A stretch of 64,000 nt of DNA from Nemertoderma westbladi. Taxonomy: Eukaryota; Animalia; Xenacoelomorpha. Under the pieces are notes generated by a model. The model made no database searches. It was not told the DNA's origin and was given only the letters and a program-made list of their open reading frames with translations. The position numbers and the translations under genes are program-made. Positions 12,457 to 24,100 of this stretch are shown one piece after another. Every line of letters begins with the position of its first letter. Positions within the stretch are counted from its first letter, which is position 1. The DNA is taken from the NCBI GenBank assembly GCA_032718475.1, contig JAUCBJ010000486.1, positions 7,610 through 71,609 on the forward strand, given 5' to 3'.

Positions 12457-15400
12457 CTACGGGAGTCGGAGCGGCACTGGGACCCTTTTTAACCTGTATC
12501 GCTGAATATGGGTTTTGGGTCTTCCGAGTAGATGGTTAGGAGTGAGAGGCTCCAGATCTGTGGGGTCATCGCGGATAGGTACGATGGGCCGGTTGTTTAG
12601 GGTAGCCGTGATCTCGCAGAATGTTGTGCGGAGGGTGTCGTGGGTTACCCGGGTGTCTCCTAATGCGACGCGCATGGATCGTTTTACCAAGTCGATGAGC
12701 TTCTCCCATACCCCACTCGTATGGGGTGCTAAGGGTGTTTGGAAGTGCCACTGTATATGGTGTTCCCTCCAGACTTGGGATGCGGTGTCTTCGGTGAACC
12801 ATCCTTCGATCGCCTCTCTGAGTTCTCTTTCTCCTCCCACGAAGTTTGTACCATTATCGGAGTACATATGACGAGATGTTCCATTGTTCGCCACGAACCG
12901 ACGCAGGGTGTTGATAAATGCGTGTTGCGTAAGGTTCACCACGATGTCTAGGTAGATTGCCCTAGACCTAAGGCATGTAAAGATGGCTCCCCAGCATTTG
13001 ATGTTGGATCGTCGCTCGATGACTGTGAATGGTCCGGAACAGTCTACTCCGGTTACGTAGAACGGTGGGAATCGGACTGTAGATATGTGGCTGGTAAGTC
13101 GGCCATCCTTTGTGTGAGTGGTGGCGCTAGATATCTTCTGCAGGGAAAACAACGTTTTAACACTTTCCGGATTAGTTGCTGGATGTGGGTGATCCAATAT
13201 CTTTGCCGTATATTAGCCATGATCCAGTTCTGTCCAGCGTGATGGTTTTCCTCGTAACTCTGTTGGATTAATAGCTTGGCTAGTGTTGACGTTCAGGGCA
13301 GAAGCGCTGGGTATTTGACTTCGTATTCAACCGGGGCGTTTGCCATCCGGGTATTCAGTCGAATCAGTCCGTCTTCTCCCATGATTGGTCTCAATTGGTA
13401 GACTGGACTGTCCGGTTTCAAGGTCTTGCCCGCACTGAGTTGTTCCCACTCATCGGGGAAACTTTCTTTCTGGACATATCTAATAATACACTTCTCCGCA
13501 ATAATGAGTTCTTGTATACTTCATCGGACTATCGGTTTGTTGTTTTTCCACTGCAGGAAGTTGCAAAGGGTTAAGATGTGGTGGATGAGACGTCTCATTG
13601 AGGAGGTTCGCTCTATCAATAGTTGTAAAGACGCTGCTGGTTGCGTGATAGTCGCAATATTATAGTGCCTGCCCGAGTCCTTTGCAGGCTCGGTCAGACA
13701 ACTATAGATCTCCACTGTGGCGCTTCTATGGACTTTACGGATCTCCTTGTCGTCTTCGGAGTATTTTCCGCTATCGAGTTCAGGATCGAATCGGGTACTC
13801 CAGGTTAGTTGTGGTTGCTGTAGGAATTCCGGGCCGGTGAGCCAGAGTTTACTTTTACCGAGCTGTCGTGGGGTGGCGCCTCTGCTTGATAAGTCCGCTG
13901 GATTTTCTTTCCCGTTCACATGGTGCCACTGTTCTCGGCCGGTGCACTGTTTTATCTCCGTGGCTCGGTTCGCTACAAACGTGGTGTGACGCCGTGATGG
14001 TGAGTGGAGGTAGTAGAGAACAATACTCGAATTGACCCAGAAATGTTGCGATTCGATGGGGATTCGTAGGTTCCGCATGACCATGTGGTTCTGTCTCACT
14101 GCCCAAACTGCGGCCTGTATCTCGAGTCTCGGTATCGTTGCTACGAATTCCCCGGATACTGTCTTAGCCTTGGAAAATAAGAAGCTTGTATCGCCGTTTC
14201 CATCCTGACTTAGTCTTCTTAGGAAAGTGACTACGCCGATTCCGGTATTTGAAGCATCCGAGAAAGTATGGAGCTGGAATATATCGGTGGGTAGTTTATT
14301 GAGGAAGAACGGTCGAGGGATCCGCATAAGATGTAGATGTTCGAGTTGTTCCGTCCACTTTCTCCATTTGACACTGAGGTGTGGGGGGAGTTCTTCGTCC
14401 CATCCCAGTCATTCTATCCACATTTCCTTGATCAAGTTCATTCCGGCCAATGTTACTGGGGATATGAAGTTTAGTGGATCGAATATAGCACTCTTTATGG
14501 ACAGACATCCCATTTTTGTCATGGGCTTGGGTAGGGGGTTATATTTGAAGATGAATTCATCCAATTCTATGTCCCATTCAATGCCGAGTACACGGTGATC
14601 CACATCCTCGGAATACATTTTATTGTTGTCCAGTCTGATTTCCTCCGGAAACTTTTCCATAAGTTTCTTGTCGTGGGATCTGAACTTTACGAGAGGGAAA
14701 CCTCCTTTCTTTAAACATTCTACCATCCCCATCGCCAGCTGATATGCCTCGTCAACATTATCGGCACCGGCGCATCCGTCGTCCACGTAGAAGCATCGTC
14801 GGATGGTTTCTATGACTGTCGGAGGGAACTCGTTTTCGCACATAGTCGCTGTTTTCTTCAGCATGTTACTACATGCTACCGGCGAGTCCTTAGCGCCGAA
14901 GATCCTGACAATCATGTGCATTACGTCCACATCCTTCAATGTGAGTTGACATATCTCCTGTGGAGTTAATGTTTTATCCGTCCATAATATACGCAGACAG
15001 TCTGAGTCTCTTGGTAGCGTTCGGACCTGGTGAAACATCGCTTTGATGTCGCATGTGAATGCTATCCGGTTTTCCCTGAACCTGATCAACACGCCGATAA
15101 GTGTACTGTATATGTTAGGCCCTGTATAAAGTTGGCTGTTCAGGGATTCGCCTTGATACATAGCAGCAGCATCATTTACCGCCCTTCCGGGCTTCTACCA
15201 CATAGTGGGTTGGGAGATAATACGTCCGTCTACCCCCTTGCAGTTCATTCCGGGGTACCATTTCCGCCAATCCATCTTCTAGATATCCTTTGATTACATT
15301 ATTGTATTTCTCCTTTATCTCGGGTTGGTCATTCAACTGGCGTAGGATTCCTTTGAGCCACCTAAGGGCCATGTTGGCATTATTCGCCATCGGTTTATCT

Positions 15401-16230
15401 GGGTCTTTCCACAGCATGGGTGAACACCAATGTCCGTCTTTGAACGTGGCCTGATCAAGGATGTCAATACAGTATTGATCTTCCTCAGACGGGTTCTCGT
15501 CCTTTTCTGCAAACTCTTGTGTCTCTAGGTTAAAATATTTGGTCATTTCCTGCTGGGTTTTTTCCGTCTCTAGGAATAAATCCTCGTCCAGGTCTGTTGC
15601 TGAACAATAACCCATGGATGTTGCACTCTCTTTAATCTGACATTTAGGGAGATATGTATAGGTATCTGTAGTCTCCTCTTTGATGCCGCAGAGTGTCCAT
15701 CCCATGATCGTGCGTTCTGCGTAAAAGCCATCGTCCGGCTTTACAGATCGGGCGACGTCTCCGGTGGGTATGTGTAATTCCGGTGTGTCGAGTCCGATCA
15801 ATAGGGTGATTCGGTTCACGTCCAATGGTGGACATCGTAGGTCTACATCTTCCCGGTCTAACTGTATGAGGGGTGCGTATTCAGCTGATTGTCGGAACCT
15901 CACTCGGAGATCGGTGTGTACCAAGGCGTTCTTGATCGTCAGCTTGACCGTCTTGTAACCCTTCATGACTCCTTCCATCTGGAGCTGCACCTCCCCAGAC
16001 TCTACTTCTCTATGGTGGGTGATAGTTTGTATGGGCCGTTTGCAAGGTTCGTAGTCTAGGCCGAGTTGTTCGAGGAAATCCTGGTCGATGATGGTTCCAT
16101 CCGACCCATTGTCAAGGAACGCGAGCATTGTCAAGGATTTCCCAACCCCTTGAATTCTTACTGGGATTACTTTGGCGAAGACCATGTAACGGCGATTTAT
16201 AAGGTTGATCGTAGCCGAGATATTTGTCAC
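12457..16230 (-). pseudogene. pol: BEL/Pao pol (protease, RT, RNase H, integrase core), frameshifted
   Basis: LAFLDNGSDGT (PR); CDIKAMFHQV and FYVDDG (RT); LHTFSDAS, TIPRLEIQAA and NPADLSSRG (Pao RNase H); TGVDCSGP, YSDNGTNFVG, GVWEKLI and PLTPNHLL (IN). Broken into at least four frames. Confidence 0.95.
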
Positions 16231-16322
16231 TTGTGATACATCGGTGGAGGTCTTAAATGGATTGGTTTCCCTCCGTTGAATCGTCCGGGTTTCTTTAAAG
16301 ACGTGGTTCGTTTCTCCTCTTC

Positions 16323-17545
16323 TGTAAAAGCTTTTGCTGAATTGTCCGGTTATTTTTCCTTATTTTTCCCGTAAAATACTCTGTAGTTGGTTTACCAGGC
16401 ATAAAAAGGCCGTGTCCTTGCTGTACTGGTGTTTTAGCGGACATAAAAGCAATTTCTTCTGTATTTGTACTTTAGAGGACATAATCCGTAATTCCGTGAC
16501 GTAAAAGCTCGATACTCTTGAAAACAGTATCGCTACCATGACGACGGCTAGCAGCTGATATTGCCACGTCGACGTTTCTTTGTTTCTCTGTTCTCTCGTT
16601 GTTCAGGTTGACCAATCAGAGCGTTTGTTATCTCTGTGTTGGAGGTATATACAGAAACTCAGTAGTTCAGTGTTATGTTTTTGACCAGAGCCTAAGAACC
16701 GGCTTTGGCACCTCCGTGTTTTCAGTTTTTAGTCTTACACTAGTAGGTTTAATTATAAAGGGCATATATCCTTTAACTGACATACCGATCAAACTCATGG
16801 AATCACTGCTAACTGATCATACATACTGACTGCTGAAACATTGCAAACTCATAACAATCAGTGTTCAGTTGTTGTTTTATACTGCTATTTGTTGTCGGTT
16901 ATTCATTATATTTGTTGATGAATTATTATATTGGAATAACGAGAAATAACCCCGACACCCAATATTCTTGATATACCGAAGGTAAGAGAGAAAGGTTACA
17001 GATAAACGATTGTGACTTATGTTAAAGTGGTTTGAAGTGAATCTAATGTTATTTGATAGACCCTACATGAGTCAGTCTGTGTTCCTTTTATATGTGACTA
17101 AAATCAGTGAAGATTGGCAGATTAGTGTGCAGTATTGTGCAGCATTGTGTATGAGTGAGTCTGTTAAAGAAGCAATTCCTAAAGAATGCGCCATATATGT
17201 GAATTATAATTAAGCCATATCGTTGTGAGTAGTTTAAGTCATAACTCTGTTTATATAGATAAAGCGCCACGTCCTAAAGGAACTGTTAATATTACCGAAG
17301 GTGAATAATATTGTCAGAGATTATATAATACTGTCAGTCGAATAATACATTAGGCTTACATAGCAATAAAATTAAACCGTCGAACCCAATCTCCCGGGAA
17401 TCTCCAGCGGGTGAATGGTCGCGCACGGATTGGTTTCGACTAGTGTAGTGAATCAAATACTTGTCATAGACTAAAAACAGATTTAATATCTAGAAGACAT
17501 CTTAATTTGGTGGGTTAAACTGCCAAAGGTCTGAAAGCGCGAACA
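16323..17545 (+). repeat. 5' LTR of inner element
   Basis: Near-identical to 29285-30507; CCAAT (~16612), TATATA (~16646) and AATAAA (~17364) motifs. Confidence 0.96.
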
Positions 17546-17817
17546 TTAAAGGATATAGCTTCTTTATTGCAGTAAGCAATAAAGTCGAAAGTACCGGTCG
17601 ACCGGTAACCAGTAGGCCTGACTGCCTGATCATCCGGACCGGTACCTACAGCAGTATTATTCGATTTTGATTGTTATATACCAGTAGGCCTTAATAATTA
17701 ATCAGGGACTGCAGCCCTGGTTTTTTATTGAGATTTTTACTTATTTCTGTCAAGTTTTATTTGTTTGTAGGCCAGTATTGAACAGAAGGCGTGTAAACCT
17801 GATCAGATTGTACAGAC

Positions 17818-18385
17818 AATTTGTAGGCTGAGCTGTTGTCTGATTGCTATTAAGTCTGAACGGATTACAGTGTGTGTAGAGCACTTGTCCGATTAAGTAC
17901 GGTTAGGAAGTAGGGGCAGCCAATGCGGTAAGGTAAACCCCCAACTAAAGAATAAGTCGCACTACTGGGTTAGAGCGCATACTCCCTAATCATTTCGGAG
18001 TCTGCATGTCCTGTGGTTTATTTAGGCTTGAGAGTAGTCTGCCATCGTTTAGTCTGTACTTTGTTTGTGTAAGTCTGTACGGGTAGCGTATAATTTTATT
18101 TAAATAATTTGTAGGCTGGATAGTTGTCTGGCTGTTATTAAGTCTGAACGGATTGCCGCGTGTGTAGATCATCTGTCCGATTAAGTACGATTAGGCAGTA
18201 GGGGCAGCGAACGCTGTAAGGTAAACCCCCAACTAAAGAATAAGTCGCACTACTGGGTTAGAGCGCATACTCCCTAATCATTTCGGAGTCTGCATATACC
18301 GTGGTTTGTTTAGGCTTGATAGTAGTCTGTCAGTGTTCGGTCTGTATTTTGTTTGAGTAGTTTGTACGCGTAGCGTAATATTTAT
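17818..18385. repeat. Tandem duplication, ~288-bp period, in the inner element leader
   Basis: AATTTGTAGGCTG...GTAGCGTA block starts at 17818 and again at 18106, with an identical ~70-bp core. Confidence 0.9.
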
Positions 18386-19017
18386 TATTCAGAGTTTATG
18401 CGATTATTCACAACATTCAAGTCCCCAAGTTTGTTCCTACAGTAATTGTGTTTGTTATACATACCGCTATAGTTAAATTAACCTCGGTACTACACGGGCT
18501 GCTTGGCGTAGGTAAAGACTGGTGATTTTGTGCATCGGTCACTCCAGCAGATGCCGTGGTTCTTTTAGCTGTTCAAGTATATTTAACTACTGATTATTTG
18601 TTGTACAAGTACTCGTACCTAATTTAGGGTTTAGTGTACAGTGCTTTCCGAAGTAATTATTGTAGACATTATATCTGTGTTGTAAAGTGGTTGATAGGCA
18701 CATTCGATTAGCTCTATTAACTTCTAGGTAGGAACACTCCGTGATACATAACGTAGAACCTATAGCGATACGGCTATAGGTCGTCAGGCGGTGGTATTTT
18801 CCTATCTAGACAACGCAGTGTATTTACTACTACTTATTATTTCAAATACCGTAGTACCCTGTCCGCTGTAATAATCAGTTTTCTAACCCTTTGTTAGGCT
18901 GGTTTGTAGACTTCTTGTAAAATTACCCTAAAAATTCGTATTTGTGTTTTTGTAAAATTTTGTGTTTATTTAGAGATTGTAATCTCAACCCAAATTGTAC
19001 GTAATTTGTAGTATTAA

Positions 19018-20446
19018 CCCCTTAACGAATTATCCCGAATAAATTCGGGTTCAAGAAAATGGATAATTCAGACTAACCCGAGTTAACTCGTGCAAACAGC
19101 TTTCTGTTGAAAACTGAAACCAAACTCGAATATAGCCGTGAATTATTTGATTGGATATCTAAAAATAGCTTACCTTAGCCAAGTGGAAAACTTTAACAAT
19201 GATATAGATGCTGATTTGTGATTGGTTTTATGATGTAAATGGATTGTTTGTGGCCTCTATGAGACACACAACTTCCAGCCCTGCAGATCAATTTCTTATT
19301 GGTTGTGTTCCAGCAATAATAACTTAGTTAGGTACGGGTAGTTACAACAATAACATGCAGATCTATTGTATATTGGAGATTTCATTATTTACATTCTTCA
19401 TTCTTTATATTTTATCCTTTATTTGTTTTGTTACCGCACCGGTACGTTGCCAAATTACTTTTTAAAAATATAATTTTATAATATTTCTAAATGACCCAAA
19501 TCTGACCCAGTTGCTAGACCAAGGGGGCGGCCATCTTTGTCTGATAATCCTGCCCGCCTTAGCGAACGCCATTTCCCTGATATAATACCATCCACAACGA
19601 AGAAAAATCCGACCAGAGTTTGTGTTGTTTCTTCCAAGAAGAAGGATTCCAGGGGGAAAAAGGTGCGCCGTGAATCTAAATCGTGTAAGAGCTTGGAAGT
19701 AGCTGTAATGTTGTCAAAGTTAAAAATTATTTCAAATAACTGACAATTTTGTCTGACAAACAGACAACCCTCAAATCAGTCTTACAAACAAACGAGAAAA
19801 CACACTGGACAGAAAAGTGTACAGTAAGCTTGTTTTACAAAGAGTCATTCGTGATGCAGTCCATAGATTTTCAAAAATTTCAGTAAATACTGATGTCTAT
19901 ACAAGCAAATGCACAGACAAACAGACCGACGGACAGACAAACAGACTTGCAGACAACTAGACGAAGAGTAAACAGATCGACATACTTCAGAACAACTATT
20001 ATAGAACTAGATGAAAGAAATGAAAATATACTGTATGTGCTTGGAAATTTTGTCATTGTGTGTAAATACAAATAGTTGCACTTTTTTTGTTTCAGAAATC
20101 GGACAAATTTTGTCGGACAACAACAGATGTACAAACAGACTTATAGTACAGACTTTAGTGTGAATTTTATTTATCAAACCAATAATTATATGGTGCACAC
20201 TTTTTTATTATTATTTTTATTTTTATATTATTTTTTCGCGAATTTACATGATTATTTCATGCACGAGTTAACTCGGGATGAGTTCTTGATAGCTTATAGA
20301 AGGCTGGATATTTCACTAAAAAATGCATATATTTTACTGGAAATATATTTTTTTTCATCCGCTAGTTATAGGCTATCGAAAATGACAATAAAAAAAATAG
20401 GTCATTTTTTGACAGGTTGCCGCTAAAAAAGTGGTTCGTTAAGAGG
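19018..20446 (+). mobile_element. Internally deleted piggyBac transposon
   Basis: TTAA on both sides; TIR CCCCTTAACGAA / TTCGTTAAGAGG; subterminal inverted repeat CCCGAGTTAACTCGTGCA (~19077, ~20260); transposase C-terminal remnant RLSERHFPDIIP..KKNPTRVCVV at 19537-19743. Confidence 0.88.
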
Positions 20447-21127
20447 TTAAGTAACTTAGGTAAATTAGTATTATTTGTTTTAGTGTCCTGTACGTAACAC
20501 TTCACTGAAAGCGCACCGCTTTGTGTAGTGATTACTCCCCAGAAATAATAACATTTATTTCAAACATTGACAAAACCCATTAAAAACGGGTATATATATA
20601 TTATAAATCAAATCTAACGATTTATAAATCGTAGGCCTACCATACAACCATTAGGCCTCAATATCAGTTGGATTACTGCTCAAATAACGGTAATAAAGTA
20701 AGTAAAGTAACCAAGTAACCCTAAAATTCAGAAATTCAATTATTTAAAATAATTGATATACCGGTATTCTCGATAGGCCTATTATCTTTATTTCTATAAA
20801 TTTTGGCTGAAATTATACCAGTACTTGTAATTAATTCTAGTCCAGAATTATATATACTACAAACTGTAAGTAGTATACCGGTATTCCGATAGGCCTATTA
20901 TATGTTTATATATATTTGTGCTAAAATTATACCGGTATTCTGTGATAAACCTAGTCTGTAATAATAGTTATATATACTATAAGCATACCGGTATTCTAAT
21001 ATATTATATATCACTCTACACTGAGTAGCAGTACCGGTAATTAATTACTAGGCTAGTAGGTAATACTGAGTTACTAGACTTACTCAGACTGTAATACAGC
21101 AGTAGACATTCAACGGTATACATAGTC

Positions 21128-24100
21128 ATGTCTGATACTAAGCAGAACCTGTCAGACAGTTTATTAGATGTAACTATCTGCGACTCAGATAGAGACGTAC
21201 CACTGTCTGGTCGTAAATCCAGTTCACCTCCCACTGTGAGGAAAGTCATCCCTCCAGTAGTAATAACAGAACCTAGGCTGGTCCAACATCGTAGGTCTAT
21301 CATAGGCACCCGAGCTCAGGTCAAGCGGGACCAACAAGCGGCGGAACAGCAACAACCCGCTAGTCAAGAACTTATTCCTCAGCGGCCCAGCAGCTCCAGT
21401 AGTGAGGATACTGTAGAGCTGACACCCGAGAGCGGAGCAGAGATGACGGATGCGGTTTATACGGATCCCCTTCTCATCCTTCCTGCAGCCGTGCTCGCTG
21501 GGTTATTGATCGCGGTGGAAGAACACCAGATCGATTGGGCGAGAAGTCAACGGTCAACTAGAGATAGCTACGCGGGCTACACTAGTGAACAACTGAAGTC
21601 TATTGTCGAGTCGCAATGGAACTTCCCCGGACCCGGACTCCCGTTTGATTTATCAGAAGCTGCCTGGGAAGACATACACCGGATGGGAGTAGCCAAGGAA
21701 ACCATCGATCCAGCTGTGTGGAAGAGGTCCGCAGCCGGATACACACAGGGATTCTTCAGCTCTATGGAGCGAATAGAAAAGCAACTTTTTCAACAACCTC
21801 AAGGACCTCAAAAGCAGGGATCGCTGCTTTATCAAGTTAGAGAAAGAGTTCTGCGGATTAGGCTAATCTTATCCGCCTTTGAGGAGGCTTCTAAAAGAAA
21901 ACAAGACACGTCGTTGCAAGTTGCCGTAAAGACTTGGTTTCAACGGGTGAGTCGCCAGGTTCAAGGAGCAGCTCAGTGGAAAGCTCAGTTGGAGGAGCGC
22001 TCAACCCATGGAGAATCAACAGACGCTACTTTTTCCCAAGTGGAAAGTGAAGCGACGGCAGAGAAACCGCATAAGAGGGATGCCATTGACATCTATCTGT
22101 CAGACTATCAGCGTTTCGTAGGTGATGAAGAGTTGCGGAGAAGACTAGATGGGCTTAGCTCTAATAGTGAAGGAGCCCAGCGTGTGTTGGATGCAATTGA
22201 TGTGGATAGGTTAGCGGCGAACCAAGCTAAATTCGATGAACAACTCCGCATCGCTAGAGAACAAGAAGAACAAGTAAGAAAAAAACGTATAGAAGACAGA
22301 AAGATAGCAGCAGTGGCAGAGGCGGAAAGAAAAGCGACCTTGGCAGAAGCAGCGGCAGAGGCAAAAGCGGCAGCAGCAGAAGCAGAGGCAAAGGCAACAA
22401 AAGCAGCAGCAGAAGCAGAGGCAAAGGCAACAAAAGCAGCAGCAGAAGCAGAGGCAACAGCGGCAGCAGCAGAAGCAGAGGCAAAGGCAACAGCGGCAGC
22501 AGCAGAAGCAAAGGCAGAGGCAAAAGCGGCAGCGGCAGAGATAAAAGCGGCAGCGGTGGCGGAAGCAGAACGGAGAGCATCTGAAGAGGCAACCCAACTA
22601 GAGTTGGAAAATCTACAAGAGAGGCAAGACAACTTCAATAAACAGTTAACAGCTAGTAATATGCAGATGATGAATCGATCTACTCCCAAAAGACAGGGAT
22701 ATACATCATCTGAGGAAGGCGATACCACCGATACTGAAGGCAAGGGAAATAGATCTCGTCCAAGTAGACGTAAAAGAACATTCCACCGTCAGAAATTGCC
22801 TGATTTGCCTCCAGCTGTTAGAAGGCAACTAAATAACACTAACTTAGGTAGTACTGAGCCCACAGACCAAATAATTAAAATAGAAAGACTCCCTACTATA
22901 GTAGATGAGCCTGAAATAATTAGGCCTGTTCTTGAAATCACCCCTACGGTAATAGATACACCTGTGCTCCCTGAAGCTACCTATAAATTCCCTCTACATA
23001 GCACTAAGCTACCTGTGCCCCGTAGAACTGCCCGAGAGACAGTTCAGGTCCTGGACCCCGAGCAAAATATTCCGAATTTGTCGCCCGTTGTCCCTTGTCT
23101 GCCCGCTACGACGTTGGCGGATCCCGTTTCGGCGGTTGATTGGGTAGACGAGAGACGGCGGGGGATGGATATTCTCCTCGGAGAGATGAAGGAGAATCGG
23201 ATACGCTCCTCCCAACAGGTCCGAGAGTTGGAAGGGACTGTCCAACATTTAAAGGGAACAGTGAGGGAAAGCAAGTTAGAGTTGCAAGAAGTGCAGCAAA
23301 ATATCGCGCTAGAGCGCGATAAATTAGTAAATTTACAAAAGGGTATACCACCACCCCCTGTAACAATGTGTCAACCCGTTAGGTCTGAAGTATCTCATGC
23401 GCAAGGTGTGGAGCCTACACGCATTTATACTGCTAGCGAAGTAGAAACTCCTATAGTGAACCCTATTAAGGGTAATTATAGACCTGTTTGTAATGATATT
23501 CCCTATGGAACTGATCATAATCCGAGGAATTTATATACCGATAACTCGATATTAAATAGCACGATGGCCCAAGAAAGTTTTACGCGTCAAATGGCTAGAA
23601 CCGAAGCCCGGCAAGCGGTAAAGGTTGGAGAGATCGTCAAGTTCAATGGAGATGAGATGAAATGGTTACCTTTTAATGAATATTACAAAGATAACATACA
23701 GAACTCTGTACTATCTAATGGAGAAAAACTTAGATACCTCATCGAGTGCTTGGAAGGATCTCCCAAGTTAATGGCGTTAAGGTTTATTGGACATCCAGAC
23801 GGATTAAGACAAGTTTGGGATACACTAAACATCAGGTATGGTAATAGGAATAACATAGCTGGGTATTTGTATGCAAAGTTGGTAGCGCCCCGAAAGTTTA
23901 TTAGCAGCGGGATTATAGAGTTTTCCGATGAAATTCAGGAGATCTGCAGACAATTAGATTGGCTAGGTAAGTCTCATGAGTATCAGAGTGCTATGGTTAT
24001 TAGAGCAGTGGCTTCTACTTTGCCGAAGGGTGGAGTAGGTACACGCTGGGATAAGAAAGTGTTATATATGATGGAACAACAACAACGAGACCCTACCATG

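Noticed and set aside
22108-22743. Ala-, Cys- and Leu-rich antisense ORFs
   Set aside because: Shadow frames of the AEAK repeat in the gag ORF.
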